In this document: in pieces, positions 19,640 to 29,935 of the stretch
Layout of the letters: each line of letters begins with the position of its first letter
Position numbering within the stretch: the first letter of the stretch is position 1
Assembly: GCA_903822115.1 (NCBI GenBank)
Contig: CAIJNU010000040.1
Location: 1 to 46,780 of the forward strand
DNA length: 46,780 bases
Direction: 5' to 3'
Source: an uncultured Candidatus Peregrinibacteria bacterium
Lineage (GTDB): Bacteria; Patescibacteriota; Gracilibacteria; Peribacterales; Peribacteraceae
Made by a program: the position numbers and the translations under genes
Notes under the pieces: model-generated
Told to the model about the DNA's origin: nothing
The model's input: the letters and a program-made list of their open reading frames with translations, nothing else
The model's database searches: none

Positions 19640-19782
19640 GTCCTTCTTTCTCAAGGCGAGAAAGAAGGACGAAGAAAGCGCTCCGCGCACCAATGCTAAC
19701 GTCATTCCATCCAGAATGAAGGATATTCCATTTCTCGATGAATACCATTCGGTGCTATTCCACCCCGTGGTGCGCGGCTCCG
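19640..19782 (-). repeat. Dispersed structured repeat, module B, copy 1 (candidate ncRNA or ssDNA element)
   Basis: Reverse complement aligns with 40424-40533 (cggagc..gcgcaMcacggggtggaatagc ... agcattgKtgcgcg..agcRctttctt...ttctttctYgccYtgagaaagaa). Perfect 13-bp terminal hairpin at 19640-19670. Confidence 0.85.
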
Positions 19783-19830
19783 ACCGGTGGGGGTATGTGT
19801 CGTATTCTTGATACAAAAGAAAATGTCACA

Positions 19831-20412
19831 TCACGCGACGAGTTGCCTAATAGACGCGAGCTTTCGCAATTTCTCGATCGAGTCGATCTTTCCTTCCTGC
19901 AGCATCTTCCGGAGCGCTTGAGCCGCGAGCACGGCGTCCGAAAGCGCGCGGTGGCGCAGGTTCGCAGCGGGAAGGTTGAACTTGCGCGAGAGGACGTCGA
20001 GATTGTGGCGGAATTCCCGCGGGTAGAGACCCTGGCTGAGTCGCATCGTGCAGAGCACCTCCGGCAGATCCACGTATCCCCAACAGTACTCTTTCTCCGT
20101 CTCGAGGAATCCCAGATCGAAGGCGGCGTTGTGCGCGATGAGGACCGTACCCTTGGCGAATTCCAGGAACTGGGGGAGGACGGCCTCGATCGTCGGCGCG
20201 CCTCGCACGTCTTCGTCGCTGATATGATTGATCCGCTTCGCCTCGGGTGGAATGTCGCGGTTGGGATTCACGAACATGGCGAAATTCGTCTCTTCAAGAA
20301 TCATGCCGTTCTCCACTCGCACGCCGGCGATCTCGATGATGCGATGCCCCCTCTTGGGATCGAGGCCCGTCGTCTCCAAATCAAAAACGGTCAGGGGGGG
20401 AATCGGCGTCAT
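19831..20412 (-). CDS. DEDDh 3'-5' exonuclease (DnaQ/PolC-exonuclease-like)
   Basis: VFDLETTG, IAHNAAFDLGFL, HRALSDA. Confidence 0.93.
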   Translation of the reverse strand: MTPIPPLTVFDLETTGLDPKRGHRIIEIAGVRVENGMILEETNFAMFVNPNRDIPPEAKRINHISDEDVRGAPTIEAVLPQFLEFAKGTVLIAHNAAFDLGFLETEKEYCWGYVDLPEVLCTMRLSQGLYPREFRHNLDVLSRKFNLPAANLRHRALSDAVLAAQALRKMLQEGKIDSIEKLRKLASIRQLVA

Positions 20413-20510
20413 GGGGAGGTCACTATAGCGGAGGAACGATCCTCGGCGAGCGAGTTTACTTGTCATCTTGGGATGCTGACGGGATGGCATTCCCGGTTCA
20501 TACTCTGCTT

Positions 20511-21182
20511 ATGCCCATGCGAAGAAGCGTCCCCGTAGCAACGGTCTTGCGGAAGCTCGAGGAGCTCTACGATCCTCCACGCTCCTTTCTGACATTCCGC
20601 ACGCCGCTCCAATTGCTCGTTGCCACACTCCTTTCCGCGCGTTGCACCGACGTGCAGGTCAATCGCGTAACGCCTGCCCTCTTCGCCAAGTATCGCTTCG
20701 CAAAATCATTCGCGGCGGCTTCGCAGCGTGATCTCGAACGCATGATTCATTCCTGCGGTACGTTTCGCGTGAAGGCGAAGAACATTCGCTTACTCTGCAA
20801 AATTCTCGTGGAGAAATTCGACGGTGACGTCCCGCAGACGATGGAGGAATTGACGGCGCTGCCGGGCGTCGGCCGCAAGACGGCCGCTATCGTCCTGTAC
20901 GGCGTTTTTGGAAAGAACGACGGCATTGCGGTGGACACGCACGTGCAGCGGCTTGCCTTGCGACTGGGCCTGACCACGAAGCGAACGGCGGACAAGATTG
21001 CGCTCGATCTGCAGCGGCAGGTGCCCCGAGCGAAATGGGGGAGGATCAATGCGTTGATGATCAGCCACGGTCGCGTTGTGTGCACATCGAGGAATCGCAA
21101 ATGTGATCAGTGCATATTTGATCGCCATTGCCCTTCCTCTCTCCTTCGGGGATACCGAGATCTCTCCGAGAAATGCCACTGA
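20511..21182 (+). CDS. nth: Endonuclease III
   Basis: LLSARCTD, HhH motif LPGVGRKTA, AVDTHV, C-x6-C-x2-C-x5-C Fe-S motif. Confidence 0.95.
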   Translation: MPMRRSVPVATVLRKLEELYDPPRSFLTFRTPLQLLVATLLSARCTDVQVNRVTPALFAKYRFAKSFAAASQRDLERMIHSCGTFRVKAKNIRLLCKILVEKFDGDVPQTMEELTALPGVGRKTAAIVLYGVFGKNDGIAVDTHVQRLALRLGLTTKRTADKIALDLQRQVPRAKWGRINALMISHGRVVCTSRNRKCDQCIFDRHCPSSLLRGYRDLSEKCH

Positions 21183-22540
21183 TCTCTTCCGCTTCGTACG
21201 AGGATCGGATTGAGGACGAGGGTGGCCGGAACGGGAATCGATACGGTGGTGCCGACCGAAGAGGGATGCGCATCTTGTGGGTAGGCGAGGTTTCCGTGCT
21301 CTCCGATATCCACGCCTTGAACTTCCGATGCCTCACTCACGCGCAAGCCCACGAGCGCTTTCACGATCAGCCAGCAGATCGAGGAACCGACGACCGTGAA
21401 GGCGCCAACGGCGGCGACACCGATCATTTGGCTCCAGAGCAATCCCGTGCCCCCTCCATAGAGGAGGCCGTTGAGCGTTCCCACGGATCCTGCCTTCGTT
21501 GCGAAGATGCCGACGGCGAGCGTTCCCCAGATGCCGTTCACCAAGTGAACGGAGAGCGCGCCGACGGGATCGTCGACGCGGAGACGCTCGATGAGCGGGC
21601 CGGAGAAGTAGCAGAGTGCACCGGCGATGACACCGATGAGCAGAGCGCCGGTCGGCGAGACGGCGTTGCAACCGGCCGTGATGGCGACGAGGCCGGCGAG
21701 CGTGCCGTTGAGGATCGCTCCGATGTCCGTTTTCTTCGTGCGGAGAAGGGAGATGATGAGCGCCGACGCCAACCCCGCCGATCCCGCGATCATGGTCGTC
21801 ATCGTGATGTGCGCGATGGCCCCGCCATCCGCTGCTAGGGTGCTTCCGGGATTGAAGCCGAACCAGCCGAGCCACAGGATGAGCGTGCCGAGGGTTGCGA
21901 GCGACATGTTGTGGCCGGTGATCGTGACGGGCTTCCCCTGCTCATCGTACTTTCCCTTTCTCGCTCCGAGCAGGATCGCGCCCGTGAGCGCCGCCCATCC
22001 GCCGACGCTGTGGACGACCGTCGATCCCGCGAAATCCTGGAAGGGGATGGCGAGAGTCGAGAGGAAGCCCCCTCCCCATGCCCAGTGCCCTGTCACGGGG
22101 TAGAGGAAGAGAACCATGAGGATCGAGAAGAGCATGTAGGCGGAGAATTTCATGCGCTCGACGACGATGCCGGAGACGATCGTGATGGCGGTGTCGGCGA
22201 AGACGAGTTCGAAGAAGAACTTCGCCGCAAGCGGGACGCTCGCCCACTCTAGGGACTTGAAGAATGGAGACGCCCCGACGAACGTCGGGAACAGTCCGTT
22301 CAATCCGACGAATGGCGTTCCATTGCCGAACATCAGCCCGAATCCCGCCGCCCAGAAGGCGAGTGTCGAAACCGCGACCACCGCGTAGTTCATCGCGAGC
22401 ACATTCACGGCGTTCTTCGCGCGGCTGAAGCCGGTTTCGAGGAGAGCGAAGCCCGCGCACATGAAGAACACGAGGCAACCGGTGAAGAGCACCCAGACGG
22501 TGTCGAGGTTCGATTTCAGGAGATCGAGCGTGAGCGGCAT
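21107..22540 (-). CDS. amtB: Ammonium transporter
   Basis: GFALLETG, DFAGSTVVH, LWLGWFGFN, NGTLAGLVAIT, DDPVGALSVH. Confidence 0.97.
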   Translation of the reverse strand: MPLTLDLLKSNLDTVWVLFTGCLVFFMCAGFALLETGFSRAKNAVNVLAMNYAVVAVSTLAFWAAGFGLMFGNGTPFVGLNGLFPTFVGASPFFKSLEWASVPLAAKFFFELVFADTAITIVSGIVVERMKFSAYMLFSILMVLFLYPVTGHWAWGGGFLSTLAIPFQDFAGSTVVHSVGGWAALTGAILLGARKGKYDEQGKPVTITGHNMSLATLGTLILWLGWFGFNPGSTLAADGGAIAHITMTTMIAGSAGLASALIISLLRTKKTDIGAILNGTLAGLVAITAGCNAVSPTGALLIGVIAGALCYFSGPLIERLRVDDPVGALSVHLVNGIWGTLAVGIFATKAGSVGTLNGLLYGGGTGLLWSQMIGVAAVGAFTVVGSSICWLIVKALVGLRVSEASEVQGVDIGEHGNLAYPQDAHPSSVGTTVSIPVPATLVLNPILVRSGRDQWHFSERSRYPRRREEGQWRSNMH

Positions 22541-22567
22541 GAGGAGGAGTGGAAAAAGTAAAGTGGA

Positions 22568-24061
22568 TTACAGATCGAAGTATCGGAAGAATTCCGACGG
22601 TGTGGGACGCATGGATTCTTCCGCGACCTCCGCGCGCTTCCTCTCGATGTAGGAGGCGATAAATTCCTCGGAGAAGACGCCGCTCGTCGTGAGGAATCCG
22701 TGATCCTTCTCGAGCGCATCCAGTGCTTCGCCCAGAGATCCGGGAGCGTGGGCGATCGTCGCGAGTTCGGCGGCAGTCATGTGGTACAGGTTTCCGTCCG
22801 TGTGCTTCCCCGGCGAGATGCCCTTCTCAATGCCGTCCATGCCGGCCAAGAGGAGCGCCGCGAAGGCGAGGTACGGATTGCAGACGGGGTCGGGCATGCG
22901 GAATTCGACGCGTTTCGCCTTCGGATTTTGTGAGTACATCGGGATGCGGATTGCCGCCGAGCGGTTGCGCGCCGAGTAGATAAGATTCACCGGCGCCTCG
23001 AATCCCGGTACGAGGCGTTTGTAGCTGTTCGTCGTCGGGTTGCAGATCGCAGCGAGCGCCGGAGCATGCTTGAGGAGCCCCCCGACGTAGTGCAGAGCCA
23101 TGTCGCTCAATCCGGCGTAGCCATTTCCGGCGAAGAGCGGCTTGCCTCCTTTCCAGAGGCTCTGGTGGACGTGCATCCCCGATCCGTTGTCTCCCCAGAG
23201 CGGCTTGGGCATGAACGTCGCCGTCTTCCCGTGCCTGCGCGCGACATTGCGGACGATGTACTTGTAGCGAATGAGCTTGTCCGCCATGGTCAGCATCTCG
23301 TCACGTTCCATGTCGATCTCCGCCTGTCCCGCCGTTGCCACTTCGTGGTGGTGCGTCTCGATCTTGATGCCTGCTCGCTCCATCTCGCGCACCATGTCCG
23401 CGCGAATATCCTGCTGTGTGTCCATCGGTGACGCGGGGAAGTACCCCTCCTTGTGGCGGATCTTGTAACCGAGGTTGTGCTCCGTTCCCGAGTTCCAGAT
23501 TCCTTCCTCGGAATCGACGACGTAGGAGGCATGGTTGCTTCCGTGCTTGTAGCTCACCGAGTCGAAGATGAAGAACTCCGCCTCCGGTCCGAAGTATGCC
23601 GTGTCCGCGACTCCGCTCTTCTCCAGATATGTGACGGCACGCTTGGCGATCGTGCGAGGAGAGTGGTCGTAGAGATTGCCCGAGACGGGGTCGGTGACGT
23701 CGCAGAGCAGGGCGACGGTCGGTTCGGAGGCGAATCCGTCGAGGATGGCGGTCTTCGGTTCCGGACGCAGCAGCATGTCGGATTCCTGGATTTCCTTGAA
23801 GCCGCGGATGCTGCTCCCGTCGAAGCCCGCTCCACCCGTCAGCACATCCGCAAGTTCGTGGACGGGCTTACTGGTGTGCTGGAGCGTTCCCGGAACATCC
23901 ACGAATGTGAAATCCACCATGGTCGCTTGCATCGTTTTCGCGAAGTTCAGGACATCGTTGGCAGAGGAGAGTGCCGGGGTGAACGACAGATCCGGTCCAT
24001 CGAATACTGGTCTGAGCAACTCGGCGCGGAGATCAAGCGGGGCGGAACTCACGGGATTCAT
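22568..24061 (-). CDS. glnA: Glutamine synthetase type I
   Basis: FDGSSIRGF, FGPEAEFF, HHEVA, FMPKP..GDNGSGMH, NSYKRLVPGFEAP, RNRSAAIRIP, NLY adenylylation-loop Tyr. Start uncertain. Confidence 0.97.
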   Translation of the reverse strand: MNPVSSAPLDLRAELLRPVFDGPDLSFTPALSSANDVLNFAKTMQATMVDFTFVDVPGTLQHTSKPVHELADVLTGGAGFDGSSIRGFKEIQESDMLLRPEPKTAILDGFASEPTVALLCDVTDPVSGNLYDHSPRTIAKRAVTYLEKSGVADTAYFGPEAEFFIFDSVSYKHGSNHASYVVDSEEGIWNSGTEHNLGYKIRHKEGYFPASPMDTQQDIRADMVREMERAGIKIETHHHEVATAGQAEIDMERDEMLTMADKLIRYKYIVRNVARRHGKTATFMPKPLWGDNGSGMHVHQSLWKGGKPLFAGNGYAGLSDMALHYVGGLLKHAPALAAICNPTTNSYKRLVPGFEAPVNLIYSARNRSAAIRIPMYSQNPKAKRVEFRMPDPVCNPYLAFAALLLAGMDGIEKGISPGKHTDGNLYHMTAAELATIAHAPGSLGEALDALEKDHGFLTTSGVFSEEFIASYIERKRAEVAEESMRPTPSEFFRYFDL

Positions 24062-24281
24062 GAATGGGGGAGGAAAGAATGTGTCGTTTGTACTCCGCGA
24101 AATTCGCATTGCAAGAACCGAATCTCAGCACAACGCCTTTGTTCTCCTGTAGGACTATTGAACAGTCTTTGAGGTTTTAATCTTCAGGAAGGCCAGCACG
24201 GCCAAAACAGTGTCGGGTGTTTTTCCCTGAGAAAATTTACTGTTGTAAAAAATAATAACAACTTGATATGATGCAATCGCT

Positions 24282-25034
24282 ATGGCGAAAGACCTCTTCT
24301 CCGTTCTCCGAGGCATCGGTCTCGATGACAAGGAATCGCAACTCTATTTGAGCGGCCTCCACCTCGGATCCGCCCCCGCGTCGGAGTATGCGAAAGCCTC
24401 CGGTCTCAATCGCATCACGTCCTACAACACGCTCGAGGGCATGGTGCGAAAGGGGCACTTCACCATGGTGAAGAAGATGCGCGCCAAGTGGTATGCGCCC
24501 GTCGCTCCGGAATATCTGGCACTCGAAGCGCGCAAGCACGTCGATACACTCGAGAAGACTGTTCCCGAACTTCGTTCTCTGCGGAAAGCAAAGGAGCGCA
24601 AGCCGTCCGTTCGTTTCTTCGAAGGATGGGAGGGCGTGCGCCACGTCTACGAAGACACGCTCACGTCCAAGACGGAGATCATCAACTTCGCGAACTCCGC
24701 CGTCGTGCGACGCTTCTGGCCCAACTACGATCTCGAGTACGTTGCGGAGCGTGTGAAGCACGGCATACGGCTCCGCGGGATCGCTCCCGATGACGAGGCG
24801 GGTCGGCGGGTGCATGGCGAAGACCGCGCGTCGCTGCGAGAAATCCGGCTCGTCTCCGGGAAAGATTTCGATTTTCGAAACGAGATTAACGTCTACGAAG
24901 ACAAAGTCGCCATCTGTTCTTTCGGCTCGCCAAAGGACATGTTCGCCGTGATTATCGAGAGCAAAGAGGTGGCGGAAACGCAGCGACAGATTTTCGAGAT
25001 GGCATGGAGATTTGCCGGAAGGAAAGGGACGTAG
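24282..25034 (+). CDS. TrmB-family transcriptional regulator (HTH plus C-terminal PLD-like domain)
   Basis: GLDDKESQLYL...GLNRITSYNTL wHTH; KPSVRFFEGWEG; EINVYEDKV...IFEMAW. Confidence 0.85.
   Translation: MAKDLFSVLRGIGLDDKESQLYLSGLHLGSAPASEYAKASGLNRITSYNTLEGMVRKGHFTMVKKMRAKWYAPVAPEYLALEARKHVDTLEKTVPELRSLRKAKERKPSVRFFEGWEGVRHVYEDTLTSKTEIINFANSAVVRRFWPNYDLEYVAERVKHGIRLRGIAPDDEAGRRVHGEDRASLREIRLVSGKDFDFRNEINVYEDKVAICSFGSPKDMFAVIIESKEVAETQRQIFEMAWRFAGRKGT
24969..25019 (+). repeat. 51-bp direct repeat, left copy (trmB 3' end)
   Basis: 46/51 identical to 26897-26947. Confidence 0.92.
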
Positions 25035-25130
25035 AAATATTGGTCATCGCAAACGAGATAGTCATGTATATGCAGATTGACTTTACAGTAAAAATAGAGT
25101 ACAATTTCAATAATTTCCCACAAACAACAG

Positions 25131-26135
25131 ATGGATACGCCACCAAAAAATCCGATAGAAGTGAATTCCAAACTGTCACCAGTAGGCAGACAATGTGATC
25201 TCACGATCGAATCTGAGGCATTTAAGGCGGAAAGTATTGGTGATATGAGAGAAGCTTCAAGGATGAAAGCTGTGAAAGCAGCATTAGTACGACTGAATCA
25301 ACCAGAACTTCAAAAGATGCATCGTGCTGTTGAGCTAGTGAAACAAAAATTTTTCAACGCAGATTCGTGGCAGCATTTACAGAGTCTATTGAATATAGTC
25401 GAAGGAATGTCGACTGTTGGTTTGAAAGGCACAGACGGAACATTCAATCAGGCAATGCTCCCGGAACTCGTTACTTCAACTTTCAATACGACGAATTCAC
25501 TCGTGAAATCTTTGAGGACACTCGGTGAAACGCAAGATTTGCAAGTCGCACAAGTTGCACTAGAAGATGCGATCGATGCATGCGATTCCGCCCTGGAAAT
25601 CTATTCCATCGAAGATGCCAGCGGCGCCTCTGCCACGAAAGCCTCTACTGGATTGCAGAATCACACACTTGCACCCATTCATGGCTCCGCATTAACCGCT
25701 CTCGCTTCGGATCATTTTACGGCGCAGCGAAGGGGTGATGAAACAAGGGCGCATGAGTTGCAAACGCTGCATCTCAATATCGCAGAGATTAATGGGGGGC
25801 AAGTAACAAAGTTGTCTCAAGCATTGGAATCGGCGCTTCGGCAGCTCAATGGATCTGCAGATTCTCCAGAACATCTTCAGAATATGCTGGGTGCAGTGGA
25901 GAGCGTGGTGAGTAATCCGTTTGAAGATACGACCATGCTCCCATCAGTTGGACGCTCTGTGGGAGAGTGGAACAGGGCCATGCTTCCGAGTGTTATAACG
26001 AACGCTTGCAGACTGACCACACGATTCGTTCAGGTATTGAAGCAGCGCGGCGATCATCAAGATGCGAGTGAGTCTATTTGGGAGCTTGAGACTGCACTAC
26101 AATCGTGTATTGAAGCCGTAGAACTGCATCAATAA
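25131..26135 (+). CDS. Hypothetical protein with internal two-fold repeat, AT-richer
   Basis: 334-aa ORF; pattern ADS..HLQ..L..VE...G..N.AMLP...G..QD...LE.A...C occurs twice. Confidence 0.8.
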   Translation: MDTPPKNPIEVNSKLSPVGRQCDLTIESEAFKAESIGDMREASRMKAVKAALVRLNQPELQKMHRAVELVKQKFFNADSWQHLQSLLNIVEGMSTVGLKGTDGTFNQAMLPELVTSTFNTTNSLVKSLRTLGETQDLQVAQVALEDAIDACDSALEIYSIEDASGASATKASTGLQNHTLAPIHGSALTALASDHFTAQRRGDETRAHELQTLHLNIAEINGGQVTKLSQALESALRQLNGSADSPEHLQNMLGAVESVVSNPFEDTTMLPSVGRSVGEWNRAMLPSVITNACRLTTRFVQVLKQRGDHQDASESIWELETALQSCIEAVELHQ

Positions 26136-26292
26136 TCGTATTTTCTGAGGAGGCGAGGCAGATGCATCTCATCATTCCTTCAAGTGTCCGGTATGTCCCA
26201 TCGCATATTGGGGAAATTTCTGGTACACTATTTCGAACGCTTGGATGGATCCGAGCGAAACAACACACATCACATTCCGCAACACCTTCTCC

Positions 26293-26965
26293 ATGGCAAC
26301 ACAAGATCACGTTCGGGTCACAGTGCGCTGTGACGCATGCGATGTGAGAACGAGTTCTCCGATCTTCGGGCACCACGCTGAAACGATTCGCTTTCCCGTC
26401 GATCAAAGTTTTCGCGGCCCTCGTCATCGGCGCGGTCTCCGTGGCGGGAGTTTCTGCTGCGGCGATCGGCGTCTCGTCGCATCTCGCATCTTCCAAGGAT
26501 AGCGCGGCGATGCGAATGGTGATGCGCAGGAATTCCGCAGCCACAGCCAAGAAGATGCAGAGCGGGTCGACGTTGACCGCCTCCGGCCTCGTCATTCGCG
26601 ACGAAATCCGCAAGCAACATGGGAAGGGATTCCTCTCACTCAATGCCAAGCGCGGAACAGGCAGCTTCTTCCATGCTGCAGCTCCTGATCGCGCCGTCTA
26701 CAAGACGGGCATGTATCTCTCGGCTGGCTCCGCTGGACGGGACGACTTCCGCGGGAAAACCGAAGATGCCATTCTCGAGAGCGGGGGCGATGCGCTCCTG
26801 ATCGAGGTGAAGGGCGGAGACATTTACTTCCAGTCCACGTCTCCCATGGCGCAGAAGTTCGGCACCATTCACCCGATCTACGATCTCCCGGCAGTCGTGG
26901 CGGAAACGCAGCGCCAGATTTTCGAGATGGCGTGGAGGTACGCCGGACCTCATAGGAAAGCTTAA
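26293..26965 (+). pseudogene. Truncated paralog of the downstream glycoside-hydrolase-like gene, fused in frame to a second trmB 3' end
   Basis: HGKGFL...KTGMYL.AGS...[30 protein letters not shown] shared with 27048-28490, then VAETQRQIFEMAW. The 5' end is disrupted (ATG-TGA at 26342-26347). Confidence 0.82.
26897..26947 (+). repeat. 51-bp direct repeat, right copy
   Basis: 46/51 identical to 24969-25019. Confidence 0.92.
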
Positions 26966-27047
26966 GAGAAGTGGCGTCGGCGGAGATTTTCTGCTACAAT
27001 GTTTCGATTTCCCAGCAACACCAATTTCTCACTGCGATATCAATTCC

Positions 27048-28490
27048 GTGGCTTACAATTCGATTTCTGCGCTACAGTCGTCGGTGCACGCGATGATCGA
27101 AGAAACATTGCCGCCGTCGGTTCTGATGCTTCCGCAGGGAATGACGTTTCCGCAGCTTGCGGCGCCAGCCCGCAGATCATTCGATCCGTATTGGATTCTC
27201 CTTCCCTTTCTTGCGCTCTTCGCCTTCTTCGCGGGGGAATTTGCATTGGCGCGAAGTGCTGATTCCTTCCCGCAGGTCGTGCGTCCGCACCAGACGTCGG
27301 CTCCGACGGCCAAGACGTTTCGACGCGTCGTTCCCACTCCCACCCGCACGATTCCGGTGAAGACCGGTAGCGGGAGCAGCAGTAGCAGCAGCGTCACGCC
27401 TCAGAATATCCATCAGGAGATTCTGAATAATCATGGGAAGGGGTTCCTCAAGACGCTCCGGAAACAGGGGACGGGCAGGATTCTCATCGATACGGCACCG
27501 CAGGTGCGCGCAGATAACAAAACCGGTATGTACCTCGGAGCGGGAAGCGTCGCGCAGGAGGAATTTCTTCGTAAGACCGTCGACGCGATTCCCGCCGAAG
27601 GCGGCGACGCGATGGTGATCGAGGTTAAGGGAGGCGATATCTACTTCGATTCCACGTCCGAGATGGCGAAGAAATTCGGATCGATCCATAAGATTTTCGA
27701 TCTCCCCGCCGTCCTTGCGGCCGCACACGCCAAGGGGCTTTACGTCATCGCTCGCTTCGTGGCGCTCAAGGACACGCCCCTTGCGGATGCCGATCCCTCG
27801 ACGCAGATCCGCAACCCTGCGACGGGAGTGAGCGTGGGTGACGTGTGGGTGGATCCGGGGCAACCGGACACGATCGCATACAACAGAGAGATTATCGATG
27901 ATCTGCTTCGCGCCGGCATCGACGAGATCAACTTGGATTACATCCGCTATCCCACGGAGTACGCGCAGTCGTCCATCGGTCTCACGACGGATGAGAAAGA
28001 AGCGCGCTTGGAATCCTTCATCCGCATGGCTCGCAAAGAGGTCGATACTCTTCGTCCGCAGACGAAGCTCGGCATCAGCACGTACGCCATTCTCGGTTGG
28101 GATTTCCAGATCAACGATAACGCGCTCGGCCAGAATTTCATCCGATTCGCCCCCCTCCTCGACGTCATCTCTCCGATGGCCTACCCCTCCTCCTTCACGG
28201 ATCCCTCGTACTACGATCCCGCGAAGAACGAGGGCAGCCGTGCCTACCATCTCGTCTACCGCACGCTCTCGGGATACAAAAATCTCCTGCCCCCGAGTCA
28301 GGTGTCGAAGATTCGCCCGTGGCTCCAGGCGTACTACATGACGCCCCAGGAAATCACCGATGAGATCCACGCTGTCTACGATGCGGGGATGTGCGGATTC
28401 ACGTTCTGGAACGCGAATAGCAATTTCACATCCGCGTATCCCGCGATGTCTAATGCGAGGTCGTTTCGGCCGGATCGCTGCAAGAATTGA
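27048..28490 (+). CDS. Putative glycoside hydrolase (DUF4015-like), membrane-anchored
   Basis: [34 protein letters not shown]...[20 protein letters not shown]. Start could be ATG 27093. Confidence 0.82.
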   Translation: MAYNSISALQSSVHAMIEETLPPSVLMLPQGMTFPQLAAPARRSFDPYWILLPFLALFAFFAGEFALARSADSFPQVVRPHQTSAPTAKTFRRVVPTPTRTIPVKTGSGSSSSSSVTPQNIHQEILNNHGKGFLKTLRKQGTGRILIDTAPQVRADNKTGMYLGAGSVAQEEFLRKTVDAIPAEGGDAMVIEVKGGDIYFDSTSEMAKKFGSIHKIFDLPAVLAAAHAKGLYVIARFVALKDTPLADADPSTQIRNPATGVSVGDVWVDPGQPDTIAYNREIIDDLLRAGIDEINLDYIRYPTEYAQSSIGLTTDEKEARLESFIRMARKEVDTLRPQTKLGISTYAILGWDFQINDNALGQNFIRFAPLLDVISPMAYPSSFTDPSYYDPAKNEGSRAYHLVYRTLSGYKNLLPPSQVSKIRPWLQAYYMTPQEITDEIHAVYDAGMCGFTFWNANSNFTSAYPAMSNARSFRPDRCKN

Positions 28491-28537
28491 GAGGGGAGTC
28501 GATGACAGATGGGGTTGTTTTGGGGTACGCTCGATGT

Positions 28538-29332
28538 GTGCGGCAGTACCTCGATCTTCTCTCGGCTGTGCTGGAACGCGGCGTCCCCAAAGGGGATCGA
28601 ACGGGGACGGGGACAATCAGTCTCTTCGGCTACCAGATGCGGTTTTCTCTTGAGGATGGCTTCCCCCTTCTCACGACGAAGAAGCTACACACACGGTCTA
28701 TCTTCCACGAACTTCTCTGGTTTCTGAAAGGCGAGACGAACATCAAATACCTGAAGGAGAATAACGTGACGATTTGGGACGAGTGGGCGGCTACCGACGG
28801 CGATCTGGGGCCGATCTACGGCAAGCAGTGGCGCAAGTGGGAGGGGAAAGACGGGAAGGTGATCGATCAGATCGCGGAAGTGATAGAGCAGATCAAGACG
28901 AACCCGAACTCGCGACGGCTCATCGTAAGCGCATGGAACGTCGCGGATATCCCGCAGATGGCGCTCGCGCCGTGTCACTGCTTCTTCCAGTTCTACGTGG
29001 TGGACGGCCGCCTCAGCTGTCAGCTTTATCAACGCAGCTGCGACGTGTTTCTTGGGGTTCCCTTCAACATCGCTTCCTACGCGCTCCTCACGCACATGGT
29101 CGCGCAGGTGACGGGGCTCAAGCCGGGGGACTTCGTCCACACGCTCGGCGATGCGCACCTCTACGTCAATCATCTGGATCAGGCGAAGGAACAGCTGAAG
29201 AGAGAGCCGAGGCCGCTCCCGACGCTGAAATTGAATCCCTCAGTGAAGTCGATAAACGATTTCAAGTTTGAAGATATCGAAGTCGTCGGCTACGACCCCC
29301 ATCCCGCTATCAAAGCCCCCATCGCCATATGA
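28538..29332 (+). CDS. thyA: Thymidylate synthase
   Basis: [51 protein letters not shown]. Confidence 0.98.
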   Translation: MRQYLDLLSAVLERGVPKGDRTGTGTISLFGYQMRFSLEDGFPLLTTKKLHTRSIFHELLWFLKGETNIKYLKENNVTIWDEWAATDGDLGPIYGKQWRKWEGKDGKVIDQIAEVIEQIKTNPNSRRLIVSAWNVADIPQMALAPCHCFFQFYVVDGRLSCQLYQRSCDVFLGVPFNIASYALLTHMVAQVTGLKPGDFVHTLGDAHLYVNHLDQAKEQLKREPRPLPTLKLNPSVKSINDFKFEDIEVVGYDPHPAIKAPIAI

Positions 29333-29832
29333 GAATTTCTCTCGTTGTTGCTGCGGCGGAAAATAACGTCATCGGGGTGGCAGGAGGGTTGCCGTGGAAA
29401 TTGCCGAACGATCTGAAATTCTTCCGTGACCTCACGCTCGGGAAACCCGTGATTATGGGACGAAAAACATTTGAATCGATCGGACGCGCCCTGCCCGATC
29501 GCAAGAACATCGTCATCTCACGCGATGAGAAGACGCGCTGTGAGGGATGCACGGTCGTCCATTCGTTCGAAGATGCGATGGAGGAGGCGGGGCGCGGTGA
29601 TGCGCACGAAGCGTTCGTCATCGGCGGCGGACAGCTCTTCGAGCAGGTTCTCCCTCTCGCTGATCGTATCTACCTCACACGCGTTCATGCGGTGATCGAA
29701 GGCGACACGCTTTTCCCCTCACTCGATGCGGACACGTGGGAGCAGGTATCCAGAGAAGAACACGCCGCGGATGCCCGACACATGCACGACTACACATTTT
29801 TCCTCTACGAACGGAGGAAGAAGCTGGTTTAG
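29329..29832 (+). CDS. folA: Dihydrofolate reductase
   Basis: [35 protein letters not shown]. Confidence 0.97.
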   Translation: MRISLVVAAAENNVIGVAGGLPWKLPNDLKFFRDLTLGKPVIMGRKTFESIGRALPDRKNIVISRDEKTRCEGCTVVHSFEDAMEEAGRGDAHEAFVIGGGQLFEQVLPLADRIYLTRVHAVIEGDTLFPSLDADTWEQVSREEHAADARHMHDYTFFLYERRKKLV

Positions 29833-29935
29833 AGACATTGACTTCTTCTCTTCCTGAAGCGCAAAAAAATGCCTCGGGGTATTTTGTTCGCCCTCTGCTT
29901 GTTTGTGATGCGATTTCCTGCACACTGTGCCCGCC

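Noticed and set aside
19565..19816. 83-aa ORF between def and the exonuclease, and ORF 40454-40957
   Set aside because: Both overlap repeat module B; the similarity is structural at the DNA level and the peptides have no coding hallmarks.
26342..26347. Selenocysteine or readthrough at ATG-TGA
   Set aside because: It lies in a truncated chimeric paralog at a non-catalytic position; simple decay explains it.
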